Shown: one piece after another, positions 28,987 to 37,684 of the stretch | Position numbering within the stretch: the first letter of the stretch is position 1 | Layout of the letters: each line of letters begins with the position of its first letter | DNA from: Bacteroidales bacterium UBA6680 | Lineage (GTDB): Bacteria > Bacteroidota > Bacteroidia > Bacteroidales > UBA6680 | DNA: 64,000 nt | Assembly: GCA_002454955.1 (NCBI GenBank) | Contig: DKJY01000045.1 | Location: forward strand, 42,282-106,281 | Direction of reading: 5' to 3' | The notes under the pieces: model-generated | Database searches by the model: none | What the model was told of the DNA's origin: nothing | The model's input: the letters and a program-made list of their open reading frames with translations, nothing else | Position numbers and translations under genes: made by a program

Positions 28987-31428
28987 ATGAAGATATCATA
29001 CAATTGGCTAAAGGATTACATAAAAACTGATCTTTCTGTTGACAAAATGTGTTCTATACTTACAGATACCGGACTTGAGGTAGATGGTGTTGAATCATTT
29101 GAGTCTATAAAAGGCGGGCTTGAAGGGCTTGTTATCGGAAAGGTTCTTACATGCACAAAACACCCTGATGCAGACAAACTTAGTGTAACAACAGTAGATG
29201 TAGGAAGCGATACAGTTCTACCTATAGTATGTGGTGCACCAAATGTTGCTGCCGGACAAACTGTAGTTGTCGCTACTGTAGGAACAGTTCTTTATTCGGG
29301 CGATGATAAATTCACTATCAAAAAATCTAAAATGCGTGGTGAACCTTCACATGGTATGATCTGTGCTGAAGATGAGATAGGTCTTGGAACATCACACGCA
29401 GGAATTATGGTTATTGAAGAGGAGGTAACTCCCGGAACACCTGCAAAAGAGCATTTTGAGATAGAGACAGATTATACTATTGAGATTGGTCTTACTCCTA
29501 ACAGAGTTGATGCATCATCACATATTGGAGTTGCAAGAGATCTTGCCGCATATCTATCACAAAAAGAGGAGATAAATATTACAAAACCAGATGTAAATAG
29601 CTTTGCTACAGATAATAATAACCTGACAATTGATGTCGAGGTTAAGAATAGCGAAGCTTGTCCGCGATATGCTGGTGTAACTATATCTGGTGTTAAGGTA
29701 GAAGAGTCTCCAAAATGGCTTCAGGTACGTCTTAAAGCAATTGGTCTTGCTCCGATAAACAATATTGTTGACATCACCAACTACGTACTTCATGAAACAG
29801 GGCAACCATTACACGCTTTTGATTCAGCACATATCATTGGTAACAAGGTTATTGTTGACACTATGGCTGATAAAACAAAGTTCATTACTCTTGATGAGCA
29901 GGAGCGTGAATTATCAGAAAGAGATCTTATGATTTGTAACACTGAAAACGGAATGTGTATTGCTGGTGTTTTTGGTGGGATAAAATCCGGTGTATCTGAT
30001 AGTACAACTGATATATTCCTTGAAAGTGCATACTTTAACCCTGTATGGGTAAGAAAAACTGCAAAACGCCACGGTCTAAATACCGATGCATCGTTCCGTT
30101 TTGAGCGCGGTGTTGATCCAGAAAATACAGTTTATGCTCTTAAGCGTGCTGCACTATTAATAAAAGAGATTGCTGGTGGTACAATATCTTCAGAAATAAC
30201 AGATATCTATCCTACTCCATTCAACTGGTTTAAGGTTGACGTGTCATATGCAAATATTAAAAGATTAATAGGTAAAGATCTGGGTAAAGAGACAATTAAA
30301 AGCATCCTTAGCGGTCTTGAAATAAACATTATTGAGGAAAACGAAAAGACACTTAAACTTGAGATTCCTCCATACAGAGTTGATGTACAAAGAGAAGCTG
30401 ATGTTATTGAGGAGATTCTTAGAATCTACGGATATAACAATGTTGAGATACCAGAAATGGTACAATCTACACTACAAACATCAAGAAAACCAGATCCTGA
30501 AGCTATAGTAAATACACTATCAGATTACCTTGCGGCAAACGGATTTAATGAGATTATGAATAACTCATTAACTAAGATGTCATATTACGAGAATCTGGAC
30601 TGTTTTAATGCGGAAAGAACAGTTTCTGTACTAAACCCATTAAGTAGTGATCTTAATGGCATGCGCCAGTCTTTACTATTTGGTGGTCTTGAATCGGTAA
30701 TATACAATATAAACCGTAGAAATGCTGATCTGAAAATGTTTGAGATCGGCAAACACTACTTTGCTGATAACGAAAAAGAGGGGCTTAACAAATATTCTGA
30801 GTTTATGCACCTTTCACTAATTATTACAGGTCAGAAAGAGGAGACAAACTGGGTTAGCCCTGCTGATAAATCTACGTTCTTTACACTTAAGAGTTATACA
30901 GATAATGTTGTTGAGCGTCTTGGGTTTAATCTGAACAATATAGTTATTGAGAGCTTCAGTAACGATATATTCAGTGAGGCAATAAGATATACGTTAAACA
31001 ACAAAACCATTGCCGAATTAGGTATTGTAAGTAAAAAAGCCAGAAAGATGTTTGATATTAAAGCAGATGTATTCTATGCTGACATTCATCTTGAAACAGC
31101 TATTAAAACTGCTAAAAAGAATAAGGTTAGATTCACAGAGATACCTAAGTTCCCTGAGGTACGTAGAGATCTTGCTCTTTTACTAAATAAGAGTGTAAGC
31201 TTTAACGATCTTAAAAAGAGTGCTTTTAAAACAGAGAAGAAGTTACTTAAGCGTGTTAACCTGTTTGATGTTTATCTAGGAGATAAGATTGCAGAAGACA
31301 AGAAATCTTATGCTATCAGTTTCTCGCTTCTTGATGAGTCAAAAACACTTACAGATAAACAGATTGATAAGATAATGAACAAGATGATTGCTACATTCAA
31401 ACGCGATTTTAATGCAGAGTTGAGATAG
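28987..31428 (+). CDS. pheT: phenylalanine--tRNA ligase beta subunit
   Basis: 813 aa. The N-terminal tRNA-binding domain reads MKISYNWLKDYI...VLTCTKHPDADKLSVTTVDVG. B3/4 and B5 regions and a C-terminal FDX-ACB-like domain follow. The length is classic for PheT. Confidence 0.93.
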   Translation: MKISYNWLKDYIKTDLSVDKMCSILTDTGLEVDGVESFESIKGGLEGLVIGKVLTCTKHPDADKLSVTTVDVGSDTVLPIVCGAPNVAAGQTVVVATVGTVLYSGDDKFTIKKSKMRGEPSHGMICAEDEIGLGTSHAGIMVIEEEVTPGTPAKEHFEIETDYTIEIGLTPNRVDASSHIGVARDLAAYLSQKEEINITKPDVNSFATDNNNLTIDVEVKNSEACPRYAGVTISGVKVEESPKWLQVRLKAIGLAPINNIVDITNYVLHETGQPLHAFDSAHIIGNKVIVDTMADKTKFITLDEQERELSERDLMICNTENGMCIAGVFGGIKSGVSDSTTDIFLESAYFNPVWVRKTAKRHGLNTDASFRFERGVDPENTVYALKRAALLIKEIAGGTISSEITDIYPTPFNWFKVDVSYANIKRLIGKDLGKETIKSILSGLEINIIEENEKTLKLEIPPYRVDVQREADVIEEILRIYGYNNVEIPEMVQSTLQTSRKPDPEAIVNTLSDYLAANGFNEIMNNSLTKMSYYENLDCFNAERTVSVLNPLSSDLNGMRQSLLFGGLESVIYNINRRNADLKMFEIGKHYFADNEKEGLNKYSEFMHLSLIITGQKEETNWVSPADKSTFFTLKSYTDNVVERLGFNLNNIVIESFSNDIFSEAIRYTLNNKTIAELGIVSKKARKMFDIKADVFYADIHLETAIKTAKKNKVRFTEIPKFPEVRRDLALLLNKSVSFNDLKKSAFKTEKKLLKRVNLFDVYLGDKIAEDKKSYAISFSLLDESKTLTDKQIDKIMNKMIATFKRDFNAELR

Positions 31429-31445
31429 TAATAATTCCAATAATA

Positions 31446-31479
31446 TAAAAAAGAGCAGTCAGATTGATTGCTCTTTTTT
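31446..31479. terminator. bidirectional terminator between pheT and the convergent RDD gene
   Basis: aaaaa-aagagca-(11 nt loop)-tgctctt-tttt is a perfect 7-bp stem. Confidence 0.6.
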
Positions 31480-31489
31480 ATATTCCATT

Positions 31490-32077
31490 TTAATCCTTTT
31501 TTATCTCTCTAATAACAATAGTACCAGACCATCTGTCGTGCATAGCACAACCAGTAAACAGATATATAAGCGGAGCAAAAGGAACCAAACGCACTGCAGT
31601 ACGAGTAAGTACCATTCTAAGATCAGGTCTATCTCCTGTCTCTAATACTACAACCTTTGATGAGGTTAGTAGCTTACCTAAGGTTGTTTGCCAATTCAAC
31701 TCCATTACAGTATAATACAAAAAGAATATCATTAAGAATAAAATCCACGATTCAGTTCTGCTTCCTCCAAAAAATGGGAAAAGTACAGATATAAATCCAA
31801 GCAAGAACATAAATGCCATTCCATCAATAATAATATGAACAAATCGCATACCAACATTAGGAACCAGAATCACTACTTCTTCATTATCTCTCTCAAGAAC
31901 ATTGCTCTCCTTAACACTTGAGTAAACAACATCAATATCTATATTACGCCTCTTCACCTCCACTTCTGCTGCAACAATCGCTTCGGGTTGATAATCTTCT
32001 TTATACTTTCTTAAAATCTCAGCTAATTGCTCATCGGTTTTGTTCTGCATTACCTCTGCAAAGTCATTACTAATCAT
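31490..32077 (-). CDS. RDD family membrane protein
   Basis: 195 aa. The C-terminal half has three TM segments, with the MRFVHIIIDG start and HDRWSGTIVI end typical of RDD domains. Confidence 0.65.
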   Translation of the reverse strand: MISNDFAEVMQNKTDEQLAEILRKYKEDYQPEAIVAAEVEVKRRNIDIDVVYSSVKESNVLERDNEEVVILVPNVGMRFVHIIIDGMAFMFLLGFISVLFPFFGGSRTESWILFLMIFFLYYTVMELNWQTTLGKLLTSSKVVVLETGDRPDLRMVLTRTAVRLVPFAPLIYLFTGCAMHDRWSGTIVIREIKKD

Positions 32078-32170
32078 AGTGGGGTATTACTTATTTTATA
32101 GGCTGCAAATATAACCATTATAGGCTCTATAAACCTAACAATTAGACATTATATAAAGTAAATTTATAGC

Positions 32171-32178
32171 TATATTTG
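32171..32178 (+). promoter_or_regulatory. Bacteroidota -7 box (TAnnTTTG)
   Basis: TATATTTG lies 27 bp upstream of the ATG at 32205. It overlaps an 8-bp-stem inverted repeat at 32174-32193. Confidence 0.45.
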
Positions 32179-32204
32179 GTTTTATAACCAAATTAATTAA
32201 ACAC

Positions 32205-32894
32205 ATGCACAACTATACCAAGACGATTACAGAACTCTACCATAAACATGCAGATAAAACAAACGCAGAACCTATGGCAAAATATATGAAGAATAACTTT
32301 GATTTTCTTGGTATAAAAACCCCTGAACGCAAGGTTCTGAACGGAGAGTTCTTTAAGCAATACAGCTTACCAGAAAACGATAATTTTAAAACCATAATAA
32401 AAGAGTTATGGGAACTGCCTGAGAGGGAATTTCATTATCTGGCACTTGTTATTCTCGAAAAATTTGTAAAGAAAGCACCAATAGATCAGATTGATTTTTA
32501 TGAGTACCTGGCAGTACGTAACTCATGGTGGGATTCTATAGATTATATTGCTCCACACCATATGGGCATGCACTTTAAAATATATCCTGATATAATTGAG
32601 ACCTATGTAATACGCTGGGCAAAATCAGACAATATATGGTTAAAACGTTGTGCTATACTATTTCAATTAAAATATAAATCCGATACAGATCTTAAACTTC
32701 TATATAGAGTAATAGATATAACTAAAGATACCGGAGAATTCTTTGTAAATAAAGCTATAGGATGGATATTAAGAGAGTACTCAAAAACAGATCCTGATGA
32801 GATAATAAGATATATAGATAAACATCCGGAACTATCGCCACTTACAAAACGTGAAGCTATGAAAGTGATTGAGAGAAAAAGCAAAGCTAAATAA
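32205..32894 (+). CDS. DNA alkylation repair protein (AlkD-like HEAT-repeat glycosylase family)
   Basis: 229 aa. Motifs AEPMAKYMKNNFDFLGIKTPERK, EFHYLAL, NSWWDSID, WLKRCAILFQLKY and NKAIGWILREYSK fit the DNA_alkylation family. Confidence 0.8.
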   Translation: MHNYTKTITELYHKHADKTNAEPMAKYMKNNFDFLGIKTPERKVLNGEFFKQYSLPENDNFKTIIKELWELPEREFHYLALVILEKFVKKAPIDQIDFYEYLAVRNSWWDSIDYIAPHHMGMHFKIYPDIIETYVIRWAKSDNIWLKRCAILFQLKYKSDTDLKLLYRVIDITKDTGEFFVNKAIGWILREYSKTDPDEIIRYIDKHPELSPLTKREAMKVIERKSKAK

Positions 32895-32985
32895 TTTCAA
32901 AGATTCAACGCTGATAAACTATTCCTCTTTTACTATATCTAAAGATTAGTTTATTAGTTATGACAAAACACTAAACATATTAATT

Positions 32986-33282
32986 ATGAACGAGAAAAAG
33001 CGCTACAAAAAAGGTCATTTCACAACAATTGGTATGATATTAGGTATCCTGTTTGGAATCCCATTAGGTATGTTAATAGGAAAAATTGGTGTAGGTCCGG
33101 CAATTGGTGTAGCAATTGGATTGGCACTAGGAAGTGCTGTTGAGAAATATAAAAACCCAAATCCTATTGAACCTACAAAAGAGGAGAAAGAAAAGCAGAA
33201 AAAAACTCTGATCATAGCATTAATATCAGGTGCTGTTCTGTTTGCTATAGCTACTATTTTATTCTTTATCCTATATAAGTAA
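32986..33282 (+). CDS. small glycine-zipper membrane protein
   Basis: 98 aa with two hydrophobic segments (GMILGILFGIPLGMLIGKIGVGPAIGVAIGLALGSAV; LIIALISGAVLFAIATILFFILY). I preferred it over the overlapping antisense ORF. Confidence 0.5.
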   Translation: MNEKKRYKKGHFTTIGMILGILFGIPLGMLIGKIGVGPAIGVAIGLALGSAVEKYKNPNPIEPTKEEKEKQKKTLIIALISGAVLFAIATILFFILYK

Positions 33283-33360
33283 ACCACTTTACAACATAAA
33301 AAACCAACATATAGAACAAGATACAGAACTGCTTTTGCAATAGCAATACTTCTTACAAAA

Positions 33361-33382
33361 AATAAATGTTGCAACATTTATT
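33361..33382. promoter_or_regulatory. 22-bp perfect palindrome (candidate operator or terminator)
   Basis: aataaatgttgcaacatttatt equals its own reverse complement. It lies 43 bp upstream of the nitroreductase ATG. Confidence 0.4.
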
Positions 33383-33424
33383 GTATTCACTTGTTTATGA
33401 TAAGTAAAACATAAACAAAAAGAT

Positions 33425-34030
33425 ATGGATACAAGAGAACTATTCAACAAACGAAGATCTGTAAACTTCTTTGACAAAGAGAAAACATTAGACAACAAGT
33501 TAATAAAAGATATTATTGACTTTGCTGTTCTTGCCCCATCGGCATTTAACCTTCAACCATGGAGACTTATTATTGTTAAAAGCAAAGAGGCTAAACAGAA
33601 ACTGTTTGAATTATCAAGCAAACAACCAAAGGTTTTAGAGGCATCGGCAAACATAATTATTATTGGAAACAGAGAGGGCTACTCAGAAGATAATCCGGTA
33701 TGGGATGAGATGCTTAAAAGTGTTGGAAGTAATAAAGATATGGTTGATGGTGCTAAAAATGCCGCAGCATTTCTATATGGATCTACTGATGAGCGTAAGA
33801 TGAAATTTGCAGAGATGCTGGCTATGTCTATTATGATTGCTGCAAAAGAATTTGGTGTAGAGACTCACCCTATGAGTGGGCTTGATTTTGATGGCATACA
33901 TAAAGAGTTTGGCCTAAACAGCGGAGAAGCTGTTGTTATGAATATAGCTATTGGTTATAAGGATGAATCTAAACAACTATATCCAAGAAGACCACGAAGA
34001 GGATTTGATGATATTGCTGAAATAATATAA
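33425..34030 (+). CDS. nitroreductase family protein
   Basis: 201 aa with RRSVNFFD...APSAFNLQPWRLIIV, the hallmark NAD(P)H-flavin nitroreductase N-terminus. Confidence 0.85.
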   Translation: MDTRELFNKRRSVNFFDKEKTLDNKLIKDIIDFAVLAPSAFNLQPWRLIIVKSKEAKQKLFELSSKQPKVLEASANIIIIGNREGYSEDNPVWDEMLKSVGSNKDMVDGAKNAAAFLYGSTDERKMKFAEMLAMSIMIAAKEFGVETHPMSGLDFDGIHKEFGLNSGEAVVMNIAIGYKDESKQLYPRRPRRGFDDIAEII

Positions 34031-34042
34031 CAAATAGCTGCT

Positions 34043-34130
34043 ATGAAACGGAGCATGAGAAAAAATTATCACACAATAATGATTTATTATGCAACGCTTC
34101 ATCTGACAAATAAAAAAGAATTATAAACAG
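34043..34130 (+). promoter_or_regulatory. conserved ~90-nt leader element, copy 1 (paralog of 46693-46784)
   Basis: Blocks ATGAAACG, AGCATGAGAA, CACACA, AATGATT, CAAAT and AATTATAAACAG|ATGAAAA are shared with the element upstream of the tolC-like gene. The flanks are unrelated. Confidence 0.55.
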
Positions 34131-34580
34131 ATGAAAATTGAAGAGGAGATAAAAGGTCGTTTTAAAGATGAGTATCACAGGGCGCGAATAAATATAATAT
34201 ATACTGCCAAACAGCTAAGTTATAACCTACTGCAGATTCTAAAAAAGCATGATCTGACTGAACCACAATACAATGTATTAAGAGTGCTCAGAGGATATAT
34301 ATCTGATGGTCCTCTAAGGATTTCATTCCTCAAAGAGAGAATGTTAGATAAAAGTTCAGATGTAAGTAGAATTATTGACAAACTGTATAGCAAAGGGTAT
34401 GTTGACAGAACTGAGTGTTCTTCAGACAGACGAAAGAAGGATATTGTTATCACTAAACGTGGACTTAAAATTCTATCTGCTCTGGACAGATACAATCTGG
34501 AATCAGACTCCTCTGTTCTTAAATTAACCAAAGAAGAGACTTTTGAACTTAACAGGTTACTTGATAAGATAAGAGACTAA
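34131..34580 (+). CDS. MarR family transcriptional regulator
   Basis: 149 aa with the winged-helix pattern LTEPQYNVLRVLRG...SFLKERMLDKSSDVSRIIDKLYSKGYVDRTECSSDRRKKDIVITKRG. Confidence 0.85.
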   Translation: MKIEEEIKGRFKDEYHRARINIIYTAKQLSYNLLQILKKHDLTEPQYNVLRVLRGYISDGPLRISFLKERMLDKSSDVSRIIDKLYSKGYVDRTECSSDRRKKDIVITKRGLKILSALDRYNLESDSSVLKLTKEETFELNRLLDKIRD

Positions 34581-34598
34581 GCTTAGCTGCTTAGTCTC
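34573..34598. terminator. hairpin between convergent marR-like gene and sbcC
   Basis: gagactaagc-ttagct-gcttagtctc is a perfect 10-bp stem overlapping the marR stop codon. The T-run is weak. Confidence 0.5.
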
Positions 34599-34615
34599 TA
34601 TAATTAAATCTTTCT

Positions 34616-37600
34616 TTAGTTATATCGTATTATACTACCTGTATCTTCATTATTCTCTACAGTAAGACATGCACCAATCTCCTGCTGCATCTCCTCTATA
34701 TGAGATATAACTCCTACTACTCTGTTCTCTTTACGCAAAGATTTCAGACTCTCAAATACCATTGCCAACGATTTTTTATCAAGCGAACCAAAACCTTCGT
34801 CAAGAAAAAAGAAGTTATGCCCCGTTCCATTATAACGCTGTATATTATCAGACAGAGCCAAAGCAAGCGATAGTGCAGCCTGAAATGTCTGCCCTCCAGA
34901 AAGTGTCTTTATATTACGTACATTACCACCATTCATAAAATCGCGTACACTAAATTTATTATCATCGGTAAGTTCCAACTGGAGTTTCTGATTTGTAAGC
35001 TTAAAAAATCGCTCATTTGCAGCAACACACAGCTGTTGCAGATGCACCGATGATACATAATTTACAAACCCACTACCCTTAAACAACCCTTTAAGCAGTT
35101 TTATATTCTCATGACGCTTCTCAAGTATTGTTATATCCTTAACAAGCTCCCTATTTGTCTCAAGATCCTTTTTTAACGATGTTAGCTCTTTAAACAGCTC
35201 ACCTAATGCACGCTGTTTCTGCTGTGCTATTTTATCTATCTCTACAAGTTTAGCTGACAGCTCCTGATGCTCCTTCTCATTATAGTTATTATTATCGATA
35301 TCTTCGCTAAGAGCCTTCTTCTCAGCATCAAGAGAGAATAGCATCTTTGTATAATTATCAATCTCTTGCTGTACAGCCTTAACATCTGTATTTCGGTTAA
35401 GAACAGCTTCAACCTCCTGATTACTCTTATAGTTACTCTCGCTAAGTAATCTCTTCAACTCCGCATCTATCTCATCCAGGTTCCGTTTCAGTTTCACTAT
35501 ATTATCGTTCAGTAGCTGTAACTGCCCCTCTGTTTTTGATATAGATCCCACACATGTATCACGCTCCTTAGTGGCACTTTCAAACAACTCTCCAATAGCT
35601 TTATACCTCTCTGCAAATGTTCTATTGTCAGCTTCAATCTGTTGATTATCCTTATAGCTATCCGCTACAATGATCTTAATATCCTTAAACAGAGTATCAC
35701 GCTCGGTAATCAGTTGCTGTACCTCCTTCTCAATCTTCTCAAGTCCCGATCTGTATTTCTCAAGATTGGCTTCAGCATCTCTATACCTCTTCTCCTCTCC
35801 CTCAATTATTTTATCCAGTTGTGTTATCTGCTCCTCTTTACGTTTACTCTTATCTATATCATCTTTTACCTTTACTGCATCATCTCTGCTATAATCAGTC
35901 CAGATAAACTTTGCACTATGATCAGCTATAGCAATTTTTATCTCTTCAATCTGCTTGCTTTTTGCAGATATCCCTTTTGTTATCTCTGTTAAACTATACT
36001 CTATATTGTTAACCTCACTCCTCAGATTTGATACAAGTTCAATTCTGTTTGTAAGCTGATTCTTTTTATCAATCAACCCTTTAAGTGCAATATCAAACCC
36101 ATCGGCACTCCACTTAACCGGATGATGCTCTGAACCACATAACGGACAAGGTTTTCCATCATCCAAATCATTAACCAGTACACCAAGTTTCTTCTCTACA
36201 AGCTTATGTTCATACTGATTCTGAATAACCTTCTGGTCATCACTCATCTGATTCTGAGTGGCTGTAACATAATCATTAAACTGATTTCGTTCTGGTATTG
36301 CCTCTTCTGGAAAAACCCTACCAAACTTATCTCTGTATAACTGCTCCTTATCCTCTTTATCTGTATTAAGACTTTTAAGCTCCTTCTCTACCCCATCTAA
36401 TTGTTTATTAAACTGAGTATTATCTTTAAACCAACTATTTATCTCTGATAGTATGGTAATATCCTTTCGCTGTTTTTTGAGTTCGGTCAACTCTGCTCTT
36501 CTTATCTCAAGCTGCTTTGATATCTGTAACTTATCAGCCTCCGTTTTTTTAACTATATCTCTTCCTTTCTTAAGTCGCGACTGATTATCATCAACACTTT
36601 TCTGTTTCCCTCTAGCCTCTAGCAGTTTGTTCAACTCTCTCTGCTTCTCCGCAAGGATCTCTCGATTATCAAAATCTGTTTTTGCTTTATCATATTGAAG
36701 ATTTATACTACTCAATCTTTCTTTGCTTACAGCAAGTAACTCGGTAAGTTTTTGTTTCTCTGCAACACTGTTCCTGTGTTCCAGCTCTTTACCTTTATAG
36801 CGATTCAGAATCTCCTTAAATATTGTAATACACTGTATATACTCATCAAGTCTCTTCTGTTTGATATCCATCTCACTCCTCTTGCTATTAAGCATAGATA
36901 GCTGATCTGTAACCGCATTCAGACGCAAACTCTTCTCCTTAAGTTTATCGGCTGCATTACATCTTGTACGCAGAAGCTCAAGCTCAGACATTAACACCTT
37001 TAGCTCCTTATCTGCCTCATCATAGCTCTTCTGTACATTTTCAACCTGTTCTGGCGATATCTCACCAAGCTGCTCTAACTTACCACGCAGATTAGTCAGC
37101 CTTTCAAACGTCTTTTTCTCAACAGAAACCACCTTATTAGATAACTCAAACTTATCCAGATTAAAGAGCTCCTTCATCATAGCTGTTCGCTCAGAATCTT
37201 TAAGTTGCAAAAACTCCTGAAACTTACCTTGCGGAATAATTACCGTACGCTTAAAGTTGTCATAGTTTAATCCTATAACCTTCTCTAACGCATTCTCACA
37301 ATCTAACGGAATCCACTCTCCATCACGCTTAATATACGATGATCTCTCAAACTTTGGAATATCCTCAAACCTCTTACTATTTCTGCGTCCTGTAACAACA
37401 GCCTTATACTCATTATTCTCACGACCATCGCAGAATATAAACTCAATAAACAGCTTATTACTACGCAGATTCATCATATTGTAGGTTCTATTATCTCCAC
37501 TCAGATTTAGCCTGTCTGTTCTGCCATAAATAGAGAATGTAATAGCCTCTAGGATTGATGATTTACCAGAACCTACACTACCAAATATTCCAAAAATACG

Positions 37601-37684
37601 GGCATCGGATAGCTGCTGAAAATCTATTTCCTGACGAGTCTGATATGAGTACAGACCCTCTATTGTAAGTTTAACTGGTATCAT
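34616..37684 (-). CDS. sbcC: exonuclease SbcC (Rad50-like SMC ATPase)
   Basis: 1022 aa. Walker A GSVGSGKSS, a long coiled coil with the CPLCGSEHHP zinc hook, signature LSGGQTFQ, and Walker B FFFLDEGFGSLD. Confidence 0.87.
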   Translation of the reverse strand: MIPVKLTIEGLYSYQTRQEIDFQQLSDARIFGIFGSVGSGKSSILEAITFSIYGRTDRLNLSGDNRTYNMMNLRSNKLFIEFIFCDGRENNEYKAVVTGRRNSKRFEDIPKFERSSYIKRDGEWIPLDCENALEKVIGLNYDNFKRTVIIPQGKFQEFLQLKDSERTAMMKELFNLDKFELSNKVVSVEKKTFERLTNLRGKLEQLGEISPEQVENVQKSYDEADKELKVLMSELELLRTRCNAADKLKEKSLRLNAVTDQLSMLNSKRSEMDIKQKRLDEYIQCITIFKEILNRYKGKELEHRNSVAEKQKLTELLAVSKERLSSINLQYDKAKTDFDNREILAEKQRELNKLLEARGKQKSVDDNQSRLKKGRDIVKKTEADKLQISKQLEIRRAELTELKKQRKDITILSEINSWFKDNTQFNKQLDGVEKELKSLNTDKEDKEQLYRDKFGRVFPEEAIPERNQFNDYVTATQNQMSDDQKVIQNQYEHKLVEKKLGVLVNDLDDGKPCPLCGSEHHPVKWSADGFDIALKGLIDKKNQLTNRIELVSNLRSEVNNIEYSLTEITKGISAKSKQIEEIKIAIADHSAKFIWTDYSRDDAVKVKDDIDKSKRKEEQITQLDKIIEGEEKRYRDAEANLEKYRSGLEKIEKEVQQLITERDTLFKDIKIIVADSYKDNQQIEADNRTFAERYKAIGELFESATKERDTCVGSISKTEGQLQLLNDNIVKLKRNLDEIDAELKRLLSESNYKSNQEVEAVLNRNTDVKAVQQEIDNYTKMLFSLDAEKKALSEDIDNNNYNEKEHQELSAKLVEIDKIAQQKQRALGELFKELTSLKKDLETNRELVKDITILEKRHENIKLLKGLFKGSGFVNYVSSVHLQQLCVAANERFFKLTNQKLQLELTDDNKFSVRDFMNGGNVRNIKTLSGGQTFQAALSLALALSDNIQRYNGTGHNFFFLDEGFGSLDKKSLAMVFESLKSLRKENRVVGVISHIEEMQQEIGACLTVENNEDTGSIIRYN

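Noticed and set aside
33015-33377. 120-aa minus-strand ORF overlapping the 98-aa small membrane protein gene
   Set aside because: The plus-strand product has a coherent two-TM glycine-zipper organisation and a sensible start. The minus-strand translation is an antisense mirror with no features. Only one was kept, at modest confidence.
34043-34126. The conserved leader element as a genuine small protein gene (MKRSMR...)
   Set aside because: Only the first 6 codons and an HT dipeptide are shared. Indels shift the frame between the copies, and the uORF lengths differ (27 versus 14 codons). Conservation is at nucleotide level. A regulatory uORF remains possible and is noted in the finding.
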